NCBI GenBank assembly: GCA_015152555.1
Contig: SUTS01000010.1
Span: forward strand, 1,138-65,137
Origin: Cyanobacteria bacterium SIG26
Lineage (GTDB): Bacteria > Cyanobacteriota > Vampirovibrionia > Gastranaerophilales > Gastranaerophilaceae
Length of the DNA stretch: 64,000 nt
Reading direction: 5' to 3'
Shown here: positions 36,402-44,292 of the stretch, in pieces
Layout of the letters: each line of letters opens with the position of its first letter
Position numbering within the stretch: the stretch's first letter is position 1
Translations under genes and position numbers: made by a program
Notes under the pieces: model-generated
Databases searched by the model: none
What the model was told of the DNA's origin: nothing
What the model saw: the letters and a program-made list of their open reading frames with translations, nothing else

Positions 36402-37382
36402 ATGGATAAATTTAAAAAAAGAAAAGAATTTTTAGATTTTTGTGATGCAACACAACACAACAAAGATGTTGCAGGCTGGGAAACATTATCAGAATTTGAT
36501 AGAACAATTTCTAATAAAAATTTCAATGCAAAAGCATATAAACAAAATAACAGGATTGTTATAGCCGTAGCTGGTTCTAAAGGTATACCAGATTATTTTA
36601 ATGATGTACAAATATATGGAGGGTTTATACCTAATCAATTTAGAGATTTAGAAAAGTTCTATGACCAAATAAAAACAAAGTATCCAAATGCACAAATAGA
36701 ATCTGTCGGTTATTCGTTGGGCGGTACATTATCTAATTTGTTATCACATCGTACGGGAATAAAATCTACTGCATTAGCTCCAATTGGAAGTTTGAATATT
36801 GTTAAAAATAATAAAAAATATTTTCCGTATGATGATAGAAATATTACAACTTATGGCAGAAAAAATGACGGTTTATTTAAAAACGTAATAAAAACTCAGT
36901 CAGGTACAATATATACGATTCCAGATGTTCCTAAAGATATGCAATCCGGTATGACACCAAACCATTATTTGCATAATTTCAATCCTGCAGATTTAATGAA
37001 TGTTCAACCTGTAAATTCAAATGGCAAGGCGACAGGTTATGCTGCACCGGTTGAAAATACAATAAATCAAAACAATTTCAAATCGCATGCAACATTTACC
37101 CCCGAGTCGTTGGTTGGGGGAAATAACTCAAGGTCGTATACCTCATTTACCCCCGAGGAGATTGGAAAGATGAGCCCTCAAGAGTTTGCGCGTAATGAAA
37201 AAGCGATTATGCAACAACTTAAAAACGGCCAGATTAAACCATCATCTGCGCCAAATGTGGATTTTGAGTCGTTCAAAAACCTCAAAACTTTTAGTCAACT
37301 GGCTAGGTTGACGGAATTGGGCAAAAAATGGTATAATAGCTTGTTAATTTCATTAGATACTTGTCCTTCTTATAAAAAATAA
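36402..37382 (+). CDS. lipase class 3 / alpha-beta-hydrolase head fused to a truncated shared effector tail
   Basis: 326 aa. RIVIAVAGSKG and the nucleophile elbow GYSLGG. From GYAAPVENTINQ... the sequence is near-identical to ORF 38099/38999. The last 34 aa are encoded by the promoter/leader repeat. Confidence 0.65.
   Translation: MDKFKKRKEFLDFCDATQHNKDVAGWETLSEFDRTISNKNFNAKAYKQNNRIVIAVAGSKGIPDYFNDVQIYGGFIPNQFRDLEKFYDQIKTKYPNAQIESVGYSLGGTLSNLLSHRTGIKSTALAPIGSLNIVKNNKKYFPYDDRNITTYGRKNDGLFKNVIKTQSGTIYTIPDVPKDMQSGMTPNHYLHNFNPADLMNVQPVNSNGKATGYAAPVENTINQNNFKSHATFTPESLVGGNNSRSYTSFTPEEIGKMSPQEFARNEKAIMQQLKNGQIKPSSAPNVDFESFKNLKTFSQLARLTELGKKWYNSLLISLDTCPSYKK
37029..37281 (+). repeat. 253-bp segment near-identical to 38765..39170 (shared tail, one 51-bp unit)
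   Basis: Manual alignment shows only a few substitutions, plus 3 extra 51-bp units in the second copy (253 + 153 = 406 bp). Confidence 0.8.
37303..37371 (+). promoter_or_regulatory. promoter/leader cassette, copy 2
   Basis: TTGACG (37308..37313), 18 nt spacer, TGgTATAAT (37332..37337). Followed by an 8-bp hairpin TCCTTCTT/AAGAAGGA, an AAGGAGG site and a 4-codon mini-ORF (37397..37411). Confidence 0.6.
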
Positions 37383-37438
37383 GAAGGAGGCTGGTTATGA
37401 TTTATTTATAAATTATTTAACAGAGGATGATTTGTTTT

Positions 37439-38041
37439 ATGAAAAATATTATTTTTATATTGATTTTATTTATATTAAACATACCTTGTGCTTTTGGAAT
37501 AGACTATAACAAATATGATATATATGATATTAATTCATTGCGTAATATTACAAATGATTATAAAAATGAGTTCAAAAATAAACAAGAAATAGTTGACGCT
37601 GAAAATTCTTTTAATGAATTTATAAAATATTATGAAAAGTTTGTTTCTATCCAAAATGAAAAAAATCTTCTTAGTTATAATTATTTTAATCCATCGAAAT
37701 TGTTAAAAGAATATACAAATAAGTATTATAAGTATGGTTTAATTGTGCAAATAGATGAAGGAGAGTTCTTTTTTGTATCAAGTAAACGTTATATGTATAA
37801 AAATTTTGCTAAATATTTGTCTAAGCCACATCGTAAATTACTAAAATTCGAAACGCGTTTTGACAATCGCATAATAAATGATTGTAGATATATCATTTCG
37901 CAATCAGAGCTTAAGAAAATATTAGAATTTTATGAGAAATTTGAAAAAGAATATCCTGAATATAGCAAGCAAAATAAAATCGACAATATAATAAAAAAAT
38001 ATAAAAAAGACATAGAACATTATCCTTATTTGATTTATTGA
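37439..38041 (+). CDS. secreted hypothetical protein (candidate immunity protein)
   Basis: About 200 aa from ATG 37439. Signal peptide MKNIIFILILFILNIPCAFG|IDY. Tyr/Lys-rich helical protein with no recognisable domain. Confidence 0.5.
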   Translation: MKNIIFILILFILNIPCAFGIDYNKYDIYDINSLRNITNDYKNEFKNKQEIVDAENSFNEFIKYYEKFVSIQNEKNLLSYNYFNPSKLLKEYTNKYYKYGLIVQIDEGEFFFVSSKRYMYKNFAKYLSKPHRKLLKFETRFDNRIINDCRYIISQSELKKILEFYEKFEKEYPEYSKQNKIDNIIKKYKKDIEHYPYLIY

Positions 38042-38098
38042 TATGTACTCAGTACTAAAACATTTACTTGTTTTAGTAGAAAATAAGGAGAAAATTAA

Positions 38099-38995
38099 AT
38101 GAATAAAAAAAAATGGACACCAATAGAGGTGGAGAAATATTTAAAAAATCTAAATCCAAGAGATAAAAAAATTTTGCCTGATGATGCTTATTGTACTGAT
38201 AATTTTACTTGGAATGAAGTATTAAGAACAAAAAATAGAAATATTAGTATTCCAACAATTGATATTTTAGAAAATTTACAATATAGTGCAGAAAATTTAC
38301 AAAAATACAGAACAGAAATTAAACGACCAATAGTTATAACTTCTAGTTGGAGAACTCCATTAGAACAAAATATATTAATTGAAAAATTTAACAAAGGAGA
38401 ATTAAAAAATAAACCCTCAAATACAAGTTTACATCTTGAAGGGTTAGCATTAGATTTTGTTGTTCCAAACTCGTCTCAAAAAGAAATCCAAAATTTACTT
38501 GATAGAAATCATTTAGGAGAATTGGAAATGGGCGAAGAATATACACATGCAGGTTTGCCAACTTTTTCAAAACAGTATTTGGAACGAAATAAAATATATA
38601 GTGATAAAATATATAGAAAATTAAACGGTTCAGAGGCAAATATAACAGATTTAGAAAGACAAAAAATTATAAAACGCCTAAATCCAAAAACTTGGCAAAA
38701 TATTGAATCAAAATATAACCCAAGTAGTAATGCTCAAATGTTTAAAAATACAAATTTTGGTCAAGCGACAGGTTATGCGGCACCGGTTGAAGATACAATA
38801 AATCAAAACAATTTCAAATCGCATGCAACATTTACCCCTAAGTCGTTGGTCGGGGGTGGTAACCAAAGAATAAATACTTCATTTACCCCAGAGTCGTTTG
38901 TTGGGGGAAATAGCTCAAGGTCGTATACAACATTTACCCCCGAGTCGTTGGTTGGGGGAAATAACTCAAGGTCGTATACCTCATTTACCCCCTAG
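38099..38995 (+). CDS. Peptidase_M15-like (zinc D-Ala-D-Ala carboxypeptidase fold) head + FTPES repeats, ended by an in-frame TAG
   Basis: 298 aa. ITSSWRTPLEQN and TSLHLEGLALDF match the M15/Peptidase_M15_3 Zn-ligand blocks. Three and a bit 17-aa repeats follow. The stop at 38993..38995 is a GAG-to-TAG change relative to the neighbouring identical unit. Confidence 0.65.
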   Translation: MNKKKWTPIEVEKYLKNLNPRDKKILPDDAYCTDNFTWNEVLRTKNRNISIPTIDILENLQYSAENLQKYRTEIKRPIVITSSWRTPLEQNILIEKFNKGELKNKPSNTSLHLEGLALDFVVPNSSQKEIQNLLDRNHLGELEMGEEYTHAGLPTFSKQYLERNKIYSDKIYRKLNGSEANITDLERQKIIKRLNPKTWQNIESKYNPSSNAQMFKNTNFGQATGYAAPVEDTINQNNFKSHATFTPKSLVGGGNQRINTSFTPESFVGGNSSRSYTTFTPESLVGGNNSRSYTSFTP

Positions 38996-39170
38996 TCGTT
39001 GGTTGGGGGAAATAACTCAAGGTCGTATACCTCATTTACCCCCGAGGAGATTGGAAAGATGAGCCCTCAAGAGTTTGCGCGTAATGAAAAAGCGATTATG
39101 CAACAACTTAAAAACGGCCAGATTAAACCATCATCTGCGCCAAATGTGGATTTTGAGTCGTTCAAAAACC
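38765..39170 (+). repeat. 406-bp segment near-identical to 37029..37281 (shared tail, four 51-bp units)
   Basis: See 37029..37281. Confidence 0.8.
38831..39034 (+). repeat. 4 x 51-bp in-frame tandem repeat (FTP[EK]SLVGGNNSRSYTS)
   Basis: Units start at 38831, 38882, 38933 and 38984. Units 3 and 4 are identical except G-to-T at 38993. Confidence 0.85.
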
Positions 39171-39439
39171 CAGAGAATGGCAAATCTACTATTTTCACTC
39201 GTGAAGATATAGAAAAGATGAGCACAAAAGAGTTTACTAAAAACGAAAAAGCAATTAATGCTCAAATGAAAAGTGTTGGAATTCCATATAAAAAAGAAGT
39301 TCCTGCAGGTACCACAACCTATGCCAAAGAAAAAGCGAAAACTGCCGCCAGCTCTAGCTCTGGTTCTTCAACCGATGGAAATGGACGTTGGGTGACAATC
39401 AACGGCAATCATGTGTTTTTAGAAAAAGAGGGTAAGTAG
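38999..39439 (+). CDS. C-terminal continuation of ORF 38099 (full shared effector tail), same frame after the TAG
   Basis: 146 aa. FTPEEIGKMSPQEFARNEKAIMQQL, a second copy FTREDIEKMSTKEFTKNEKAINAQM, an S-rich linker, and GRWVTINGNHVFLEKEGK at the end. Confidence 0.55.
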   Translation: MVGGNNSRSYTSFTPEEIGKMSPQEFARNEKAIMQQLKNGQIKPSSAPNVDFESFKNPENGKSTIFTREDIEKMSTKEFTKNEKAINAQMKSVGIPYKKEVPAGTTTYAKEKAKTAASSSSGSSTDGNGRWVTINGNHVFLEKEGK

Positions 39440-39464
39440 TTAATATATAATCTATAATAAAAAT

Positions 39465-39493
39465 TAGGCGGAGGTTTGAAAAACCTCCGCCTA
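39465..39493 (+). terminator. terminator hairpin after the effector locus
   Basis: TAGGCGGAGGTTT-GAA-AAACCTCCGCCTA, a 13-bp stem. The trailing T-run is weak. Confidence 0.55.
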
Positions 39494-39646
39494 TATCATT
39501 TATATATTTTTCAAAGTTAAATTTTGTTTAAATTTTTAACAAAAACTTATAAGTTTTTGAAGGAATAATTATTTGGAAATTTCATAGGATTTGATTTTTA
39601 GTGTTTTTTTAGTAAAATAGTTTTGTGTAGAAAAAAGGAGAAATTT

Positions 39647-39913
39647 ATGGCACAACAATTCAATCCACAAGGTATGAGCGCACAAAATGTTAAAGTACGT
39701 TATGCGGTTTTGGTATTTATTAAAGGTTCTACTGCCCCATTAGTATTGTATGTCGCGGATTATCAAGAGTTATATGAAGAGTTGTTGACAAAAATGCAAT
39801 CTCCGACCGCTTCAATTATAGAAAAAGAAACAGAAGGCCCATTAAAAAGAGTTTGTTTCATTTCTAATCAAATTGCCGCATTAGCAATACAAGAAGAACA
39901 ATATATTCAATAA
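39647..39913 (+). CDS. hypothetical protein (88 aa)
   Basis: ATG is 7 nt after AAGGAG. Immediately upstream of yceD-rpmF (3-nt gap). Confidence 0.5.
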   Translation: MAQQFNPQGMSAQNVKVRYAVLVFIKGSTAPLVLYVADYQELYEELLTKMQSPTASIIEKETEGPLKRVCFISNQIAALAIQEEQYIQ

Positions 39914-39915
39914 TT

Positions 39916-40416
39916 ATGGAAAAAGTTTTATTACTAGAAGATTTAGACAATGCCGAAAACAAAACACTATATTGTACCTTTGATGAAAAAATTGAAGGAA
40001 TAGATTGTGTTACCCCTATCCATGCTGAACTTTGTGCAAAATCTTTAGGTGATTTTATACAAATTACAGGTCAGGTGAAAGGGATTGTTACATTAGAATG
40101 TGATTTGTGTTTAGATAAATTTGAGCACGAATTAGATTTTGAAATTGATGAGTTATTTTCAAAAGGCTCATTATTAGGGGATTATAGCGAATCAGGGCTT
40201 GAATTTGAAATATCAGACGGACAATTTGTTACTGATTTGAACGGCGAAAAAGAAATCGATATTTATGACTTATTGTATCAATCTGTAATATTAAACCTTC
40301 CAAATAAAAAAGTTTGTGGTATTAATTGTAAAGGGAAGGATTTTCTTTCTGAAGAAAATATGCCTGACCCAAGACTGGAAGTCTTTAAAAATATCCATAT
40401 TAACCCAAAAAATTAG
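39916..40416 (+). CDS. yceD: DUF177/YceD family protein (23S rRNA accumulation protein)
   Basis: 166 aa. Cys pairs CDLCLD and CGINCKG. Classic position directly upstream of rpmF-plsX. Confidence 0.7.
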   Translation: MEKVLLLEDLDNAENKTLYCTFDEKIEGIDCVTPIHAELCAKSLGDFIQITGQVKGIVTLECDLCLDKFEHELDFEIDELFSKGSLLGDYSESGLEFEISDGQFVTDLNGEKEIDIYDLLYQSVILNLPNKKVCGINCKGKDFLSEENMPDPRLEVFKNIHINPKN

Positions 40417-40446
40417 TAAGTACAGAAAAATAAAGGAAAGACGAAA

Positions 40447-40794
40447 ATGGCAGTACCTAAGAAAAGAACAGGACATTCGGCTCAAGGTAGCAGACGTGCA
40501 AATTGGAAAGCTACAAAACCGGAAACAACAAAATGTCCTAACTGTGGCGAAACAGTATTAACACACACAGTATGTACAGCATGTGGCACTTATAAAGGCC
40601 AACCTGTAAAATTAGCAGACAAAGCTGCAGCAGCTGCAACAGCTCCAGCTAAAAAAGCAACTAAAAAATCTACTAAAAAAGAAGAAGCTCCTAAAGCGGA
40701 AGAAGTAAAAGTAGAAGAAGTTGTTGAAGAAACTAAAACAGAAGAAGTTGTTGAAGAAGTTAAAACTGAAGAAGCTGAATCAACAGAAGAATAA
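40447..40794 (+). CDS. rpmF: 50S ribosomal protein L32 with a ~60-aa Lys/Glu/Ala-rich C-terminal extension
   Basis: MAVPKKRTGHSAQGSRRANWK...CPNCGE...CTACGTYKG is canonical L32. Residues ~56-115 are low-complexity and include a 27-bp tandem repeat at 40714..40767. Confidence 0.85.
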   Translation: MAVPKKRTGHSAQGSRRANWKATKPETTKCPNCGETVLTHTVCTACGTYKGQPVKLADKAAAAATAPAKKATKKSTKKEEAPKAEEVKVEEVVEETKTEEVVEEVKTEEAESTEE

Positions 40795-40868
40795 TTAACA
40801 ATCAATCAGAGGCGACAATAACAATTGCCGCTTCTGATTTATTACCAAACTTTTGGAGAGAGAAGGAT

Positions 40869-41933
40869 ATGTCAAGAATAGCAATAGATGCAATGGGCGG
40901 GGATTACGCACCTAAGGCGATAGTAGAAGGTTCTTTATGGGCGGCACAAGAATATGGTGTGGCTTTGGAGCTTGTGGGTAAGCAAGATGAAATTCAAAAA
41001 GAAATCGATAAAATAAAATCAAGAGGTTATATTTTATCTGATTGCGGAACTCACGGGCATAAAAGAAGAGTTAAAATTGATGTAGATAAGATTGATTATA
41101 CGATTACTCACGCTTCAGAAGTTATTGGAATGGGAGAGGCTGTAGGTCAGTCTATTCGTAAGAAGAAAGATTCATCAATTGTAGCTGCAGTTAAAGCTGT
41201 TGCAGAAGGAAGATGTGAAGCGGTTGTTTCTGCAGGCTCAACAGGTGCAGCTATGGCGGCAAGTTTATTCGGTTTAGGTCGTATTCACGGTGTTTCAAGA
41301 CCGGCTATTGCGGTTACTTTGCCGACAATGAAAGAGCCATTGGTATTGATTGATGGTGGTGCAAATAGTGATTGTACTGCTGATATGCTTGCTCAATTTG
41401 CTCAAATGGGTACAGCGTTTGCACAGTGCGCTGTTGGTATTGAAAATCCAACTGTCGGAATTTTAAGTATCGGAGAAGAAGAAGGCAAAGGTAATGCTCT
41501 TGTTAAAGACACTTACCCATTATTAAAAGATTTACATGAACAAGGAAAAATTGATTTTGTTGGTAATATCGAAGGTAAAGAGTTATTTAAAAATAAAGCT
41601 AATGTAATAGTATGTGATGGGTTTGCCGGTAATGTTGCGTTAAAAGTTACAGAAGGGACGGCATCAATGCTTTTAAAAATGATTGCAACAGAATTTAAAT
41701 CAGATTTTATCGGTTGCATTATCGGACTTATGGCAAAACCATTTTTAAGAAGGATTTTAAAACGCATAAATTGGGAAGTATTTGGCGGGATGTTATTGTT
41801 GGGTGTTAAAGGTATTTCTGTAATTGCTCACGGTCGCAGTTCAGCTTATGCTATGCGTAATGCGGTAGGTGCTGCTGTTCGTGTTCTTAACAAAGATATC
41901 AATTCAAAAATTGCAGAAAGTGTAAACAAGTAG
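40869..41933 (+). CDS. plsX: phosphate acyltransferase PlsX
   Basis: 354 aa. IAIDAMGGDYAP, VSAGSTGA and DGGAN motifs. Confidence 0.9.
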   Translation: MSRIAIDAMGGDYAPKAIVEGSLWAAQEYGVALELVGKQDEIQKEIDKIKSRGYILSDCGTHGHKRRVKIDVDKIDYTITHASEVIGMGEAVGQSIRKKKDSSIVAAVKAVAEGRCEAVVSAGSTGAAMAASLFGLGRIHGVSRPAIAVTLPTMKEPLVLIDGGANSDCTADMLAQFAQMGTAFAQCAVGIENPTVGILSIGEEEGKGNALVKDTYPLLKDLHEQGKIDFVGNIEGKELFKNKANVIVCDGFAGNVALKVTEGTASMLLKMIATEFKSDFIGCIIGLMAKPFLRRILKRINWEVFGGMLLLGVKGISVIAHGRSSAYAMRNAVGAAVRVLNKDINSKIAESVNK

Positions 41934-41942
41934 GATAAAAAT

Positions 41943-42953
41943 ATGACGCAAAATGTGAAACCTATTAGAATTGCGGGAATTGGTTATGGTGTACCAGAGA
42001 CAGTTATAACCAATGATGATTTGACGAAATTATATGATACGTCTGATGAATGGATTTATACAAGAACAGGTATAAAAGAGCGTAGAGTGGTTTCAGGTAA
42101 TGAGAATGCAGTTGATTTAGGTTTTGCTGCTGCAAAGATGGCTGTTGAAAACTCAGGAATTAACGTTGAAGATATTAACTGTGTTATAGCAGCATCATCT
42201 GCTCCACCTCAATTGTATCCGGCATTATCTTGTAATGTTCAATCAAGATTAGGTATTCCGAATTATGTTCCGTCATTTGATTTGACTGCGGCTTGTACAG
42301 GTTTAATTTATGCGTTGCAGGTTGCGCGTGGTTTGATCGGTGCAGGAATTTATAAAAATATTTTGTTAGTTGCGGCTGATAATAATTCTCGCCTTGTGGA
42401 TTGGGAAGACAGAAGTATTTCTATATTATTTGGTGATGGTGCGGGTGCTATGGTTGTGACAGAAGCCGAGGACGGTGTAGATGATATTTTATCATTGGAT
42501 GTCAGGGCAGATGGTTCAATTGGAAAGTATATATATATGAATATTCCAGGCAATAATTGTCCATTAGTTGAGCCTTGTGAGCAAGTTGATGCAAAAATCC
42601 ACATGTCCGGTCGTGATGTGTATAAATTTGTTGTAACAACTTTGCCAAAATATATCGATAAATGTATTGAAGATGCCGGTATGGTTGCTTCTGATATAGA
42701 TTATTTAATACCGCATCAAGCTAATCAAAGAATTATTGAAGCATTGCAACAAAGATTAGAATATCCGGATGAAAAAGTGGTTTCTAATATTAAATACTAT
42801 GGAAATACATCTGCGGCGTCTATTCCGATTGCGCTTGTGGAAGGTGTTCAGCAAGGTAAAATTAAACTGGGTTCTACTGCAATCTTGTGCGGTTTTGGTG
42901 CCGGTATGACTTGGGGTGCTGCTGTTGTAAGGTTGCGTGAAGGAATTTGTTAA
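41943..42953 (+). CDS. fabH: 3-oxoacyl-ACP synthase III
   Basis: 336 aa. AACTGLIYAL (active-site Cys), PHQANQRI and GNTSAASIP motifs. Confidence 0.9.
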   Translation: MTQNVKPIRIAGIGYGVPETVITNDDLTKLYDTSDEWIYTRTGIKERRVVSGNENAVDLGFAAAKMAVENSGINVEDINCVIAASSAPPQLYPALSCNVQSRLGIPNYVPSFDLTAACTGLIYALQVARGLIGAGIYKNILLVAADNNSRLVDWEDRSISILFGDGAGAMVVTEAEDGVDDILSLDVRADGSIGKYIYMNIPGNNCPLVEPCEQVDAKIHMSGRDVYKFVVTTLPKYIDKCIEDAGMVASDIDYLIPHQANQRIIEALQQRLEYPDEKVVSNIKYYGNTSAASIPIALVEGVQQGKIKLGSTAILCGFGAGMTWGAAVVRLREGIC

Positions 42954-42963
42954 TATATAACAA

Positions 42964-42995
42964 AACCGCCAGTTTTATAAATAAAACTGGCGGTT
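42964..42995. terminator. bidirectional terminator between fabH and the 377-aa minus-strand gene
   Basis: 13-bp stem AACCGCCAGTTTT / AAAACTGGCGGTT. Confidence 0.7.
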
Positions 42996-43011
42996 AAATT
43001 TTTGTTATGTG

Positions 43012-44145
43012 TTAGGTTCCTACGTTAGCAGAACCACCCGGGATATCGAATTTTGACCAATCTGCATCTGATCTAACATTACCGTTACTGTCAAAGATAC
43101 TTGGGTTGTAGTATGTTAATTGATCTGCTGTAACGTTCTTTAATTTTAAGCCGTTAATAACATCTTGAGCTGTTTTGCCTGCTGGGTAGTTTGTACTAAG
43201 AGTGTTTGTATTGAATTTATTATCAATACCGCTTGCTCTCCAGTTGTGTGCACTATTTATGCGGATTCTTTGATTGTTACCCCAGTTTGCTTTACCTGCA
43301 CCGGTTTCTGTATACCATTGGTTAAGGGCGTATGTGCCGTCAGATTTTTTCTCAAGTCTATATGTTTGTTCACCACTGCCACCATTTGCTTTGTACATTG
43401 CAACACCATCTTTTACTTCAGAGAAGGTGAACACTTTGCCACTGATTGTGATTGTTGATGGGTATCCTTGAGAGTTTTTCTCTCCCAATGTTGACTTACC
43501 TGTTATATCAGTACTATCTGTAGTTACATCGGCTTGCCCCATTACATTGTCTTGAGCAATAACTGTTACGCCGGTTGTAAGTCCTGTGTCGTCTTTGGCT
43601 ACAGCAGACCAATCAGAGCCTCCCGGACTAGAATATGATGTTGCGCCTTGAGGTTCTTCGGTTTCTGTTGTTGATGTTGATTCAGCAGTCGATGTAGATG
43701 AGGTTTCTGTAGTCGATGTTGCATTACTATTGAGAATATGATTTTTAACAGTCTCATAATCTCCAGTGATAGATGGATATCCGTCACGTACTGCACAGAA
43801 TTTATTATCGCCTTCTTGGATAATAGTCCATTTTGGACCGATAGTTTGTAAATTTTTTAATGGATTGTAGTTAGTTGGTGTAGGTTGAGCTCCTCCGCCA
43901 CCGCCTACGCCGAACGCGTTTAAGATCCCGCCAAAATTGAGTGAACCAAGAAGTGCTCCTAAGCCTGTCCAAAAATTGTTACCGCTATCGTAGTTGTATT
44001 GCACAACATTTTGCATCGATGCCGGGAACAGCATTTGTTGCATAGGCGGACGTCCGTAATTGCCATAACCTTTAGCTGTACGTGGTGTACAGGTTGTTCT
44101 GGCGAAATTTAAGCTAAAAGCCTTACCGGCGCCATACATGCCCAT
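43012..44145 (-). CDS. hypothetical Gly/Thr/Ser-rich protein with a possible C-terminal LysM-like segment
   Basis: 377 aa. A Gly-rich N-terminal region (LGSLNFGGILNAFGVGGGGGAQPTPT), an S/T linker, and a C-terminal GKTAQDVINGLKLKNVTADQLTYYNPSIF...FDIPGG. Confidence 0.45.
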   Translation of the reverse strand: MGMYGAGKAFSLNFARTTCTPRTAKGYGNYGRPPMQQMLFPASMQNVVQYNYDSGNNFWTGLGALLGSLNFGGILNAFGVGGGGGAQPTPTNYNPLKNLQTIGPKWTIIQEGDNKFCAVRDGYPSITGDYETVKNHILNSNATSTTETSSTSTAESTSTTETEEPQGATSYSSPGGSDWSAVAKDDTGLTTGVTVIAQDNVMGQADVTTDSTDITGKSTLGEKNSQGYPSTITISGKVFTFSEVKDGVAMYKANGGSGEQTYRLEKKSDGTYALNQWYTETGAGKANWGNNQRIRINSAHNWRASGIDNKFNTNTLSTNYPAGKTAQDVINGLKLKNVTADQLTYYNPSIFDSNGNVRSDADWSKFDIPGGSANVGT

Positions 44146-44292
44146 TGCTCTGTCCTCTTGTTAGTATCTCTTGTATATATAAAGTATATAAAACCCTTAT
44201 AATTGCATGGTTTCAGGGACTTTGTTACAAAAGTTTACAAAAGAATTGAAGTGAATTTACTTTTTTCTTGTCGTTTGTTGTATTTTAAGTAT

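Noticed and set aside
38105-38113. A9 homopolymer at codons 3-5 of the M15-peptidase gene as a phase-variation tract
   Set aside because: It encodes KKK in a Lys-rich N-terminus, and A/T runs of this length are common in this AT-rich sequence. There is no evidence of frame disruption.
38993-38995. TAG recoding (alternative genetic code) as the explanation for the in-frame amber codon
   Set aside because: TAG terminates many well-delimited ORFs in this window, for example at 13824, 24076, 26463, 29693, 31331, 34346, 39439 and 48056. A genome-wide reassignment is therefore unlikely.
40291-40561. ORFs 40291..40485 (-) and 40316..40561 (+)
   Set aside because: They overlap the yceD 3' end and the rpmF 5' end in alternative frames. 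The canonical yceD and L32 readings explain the region.
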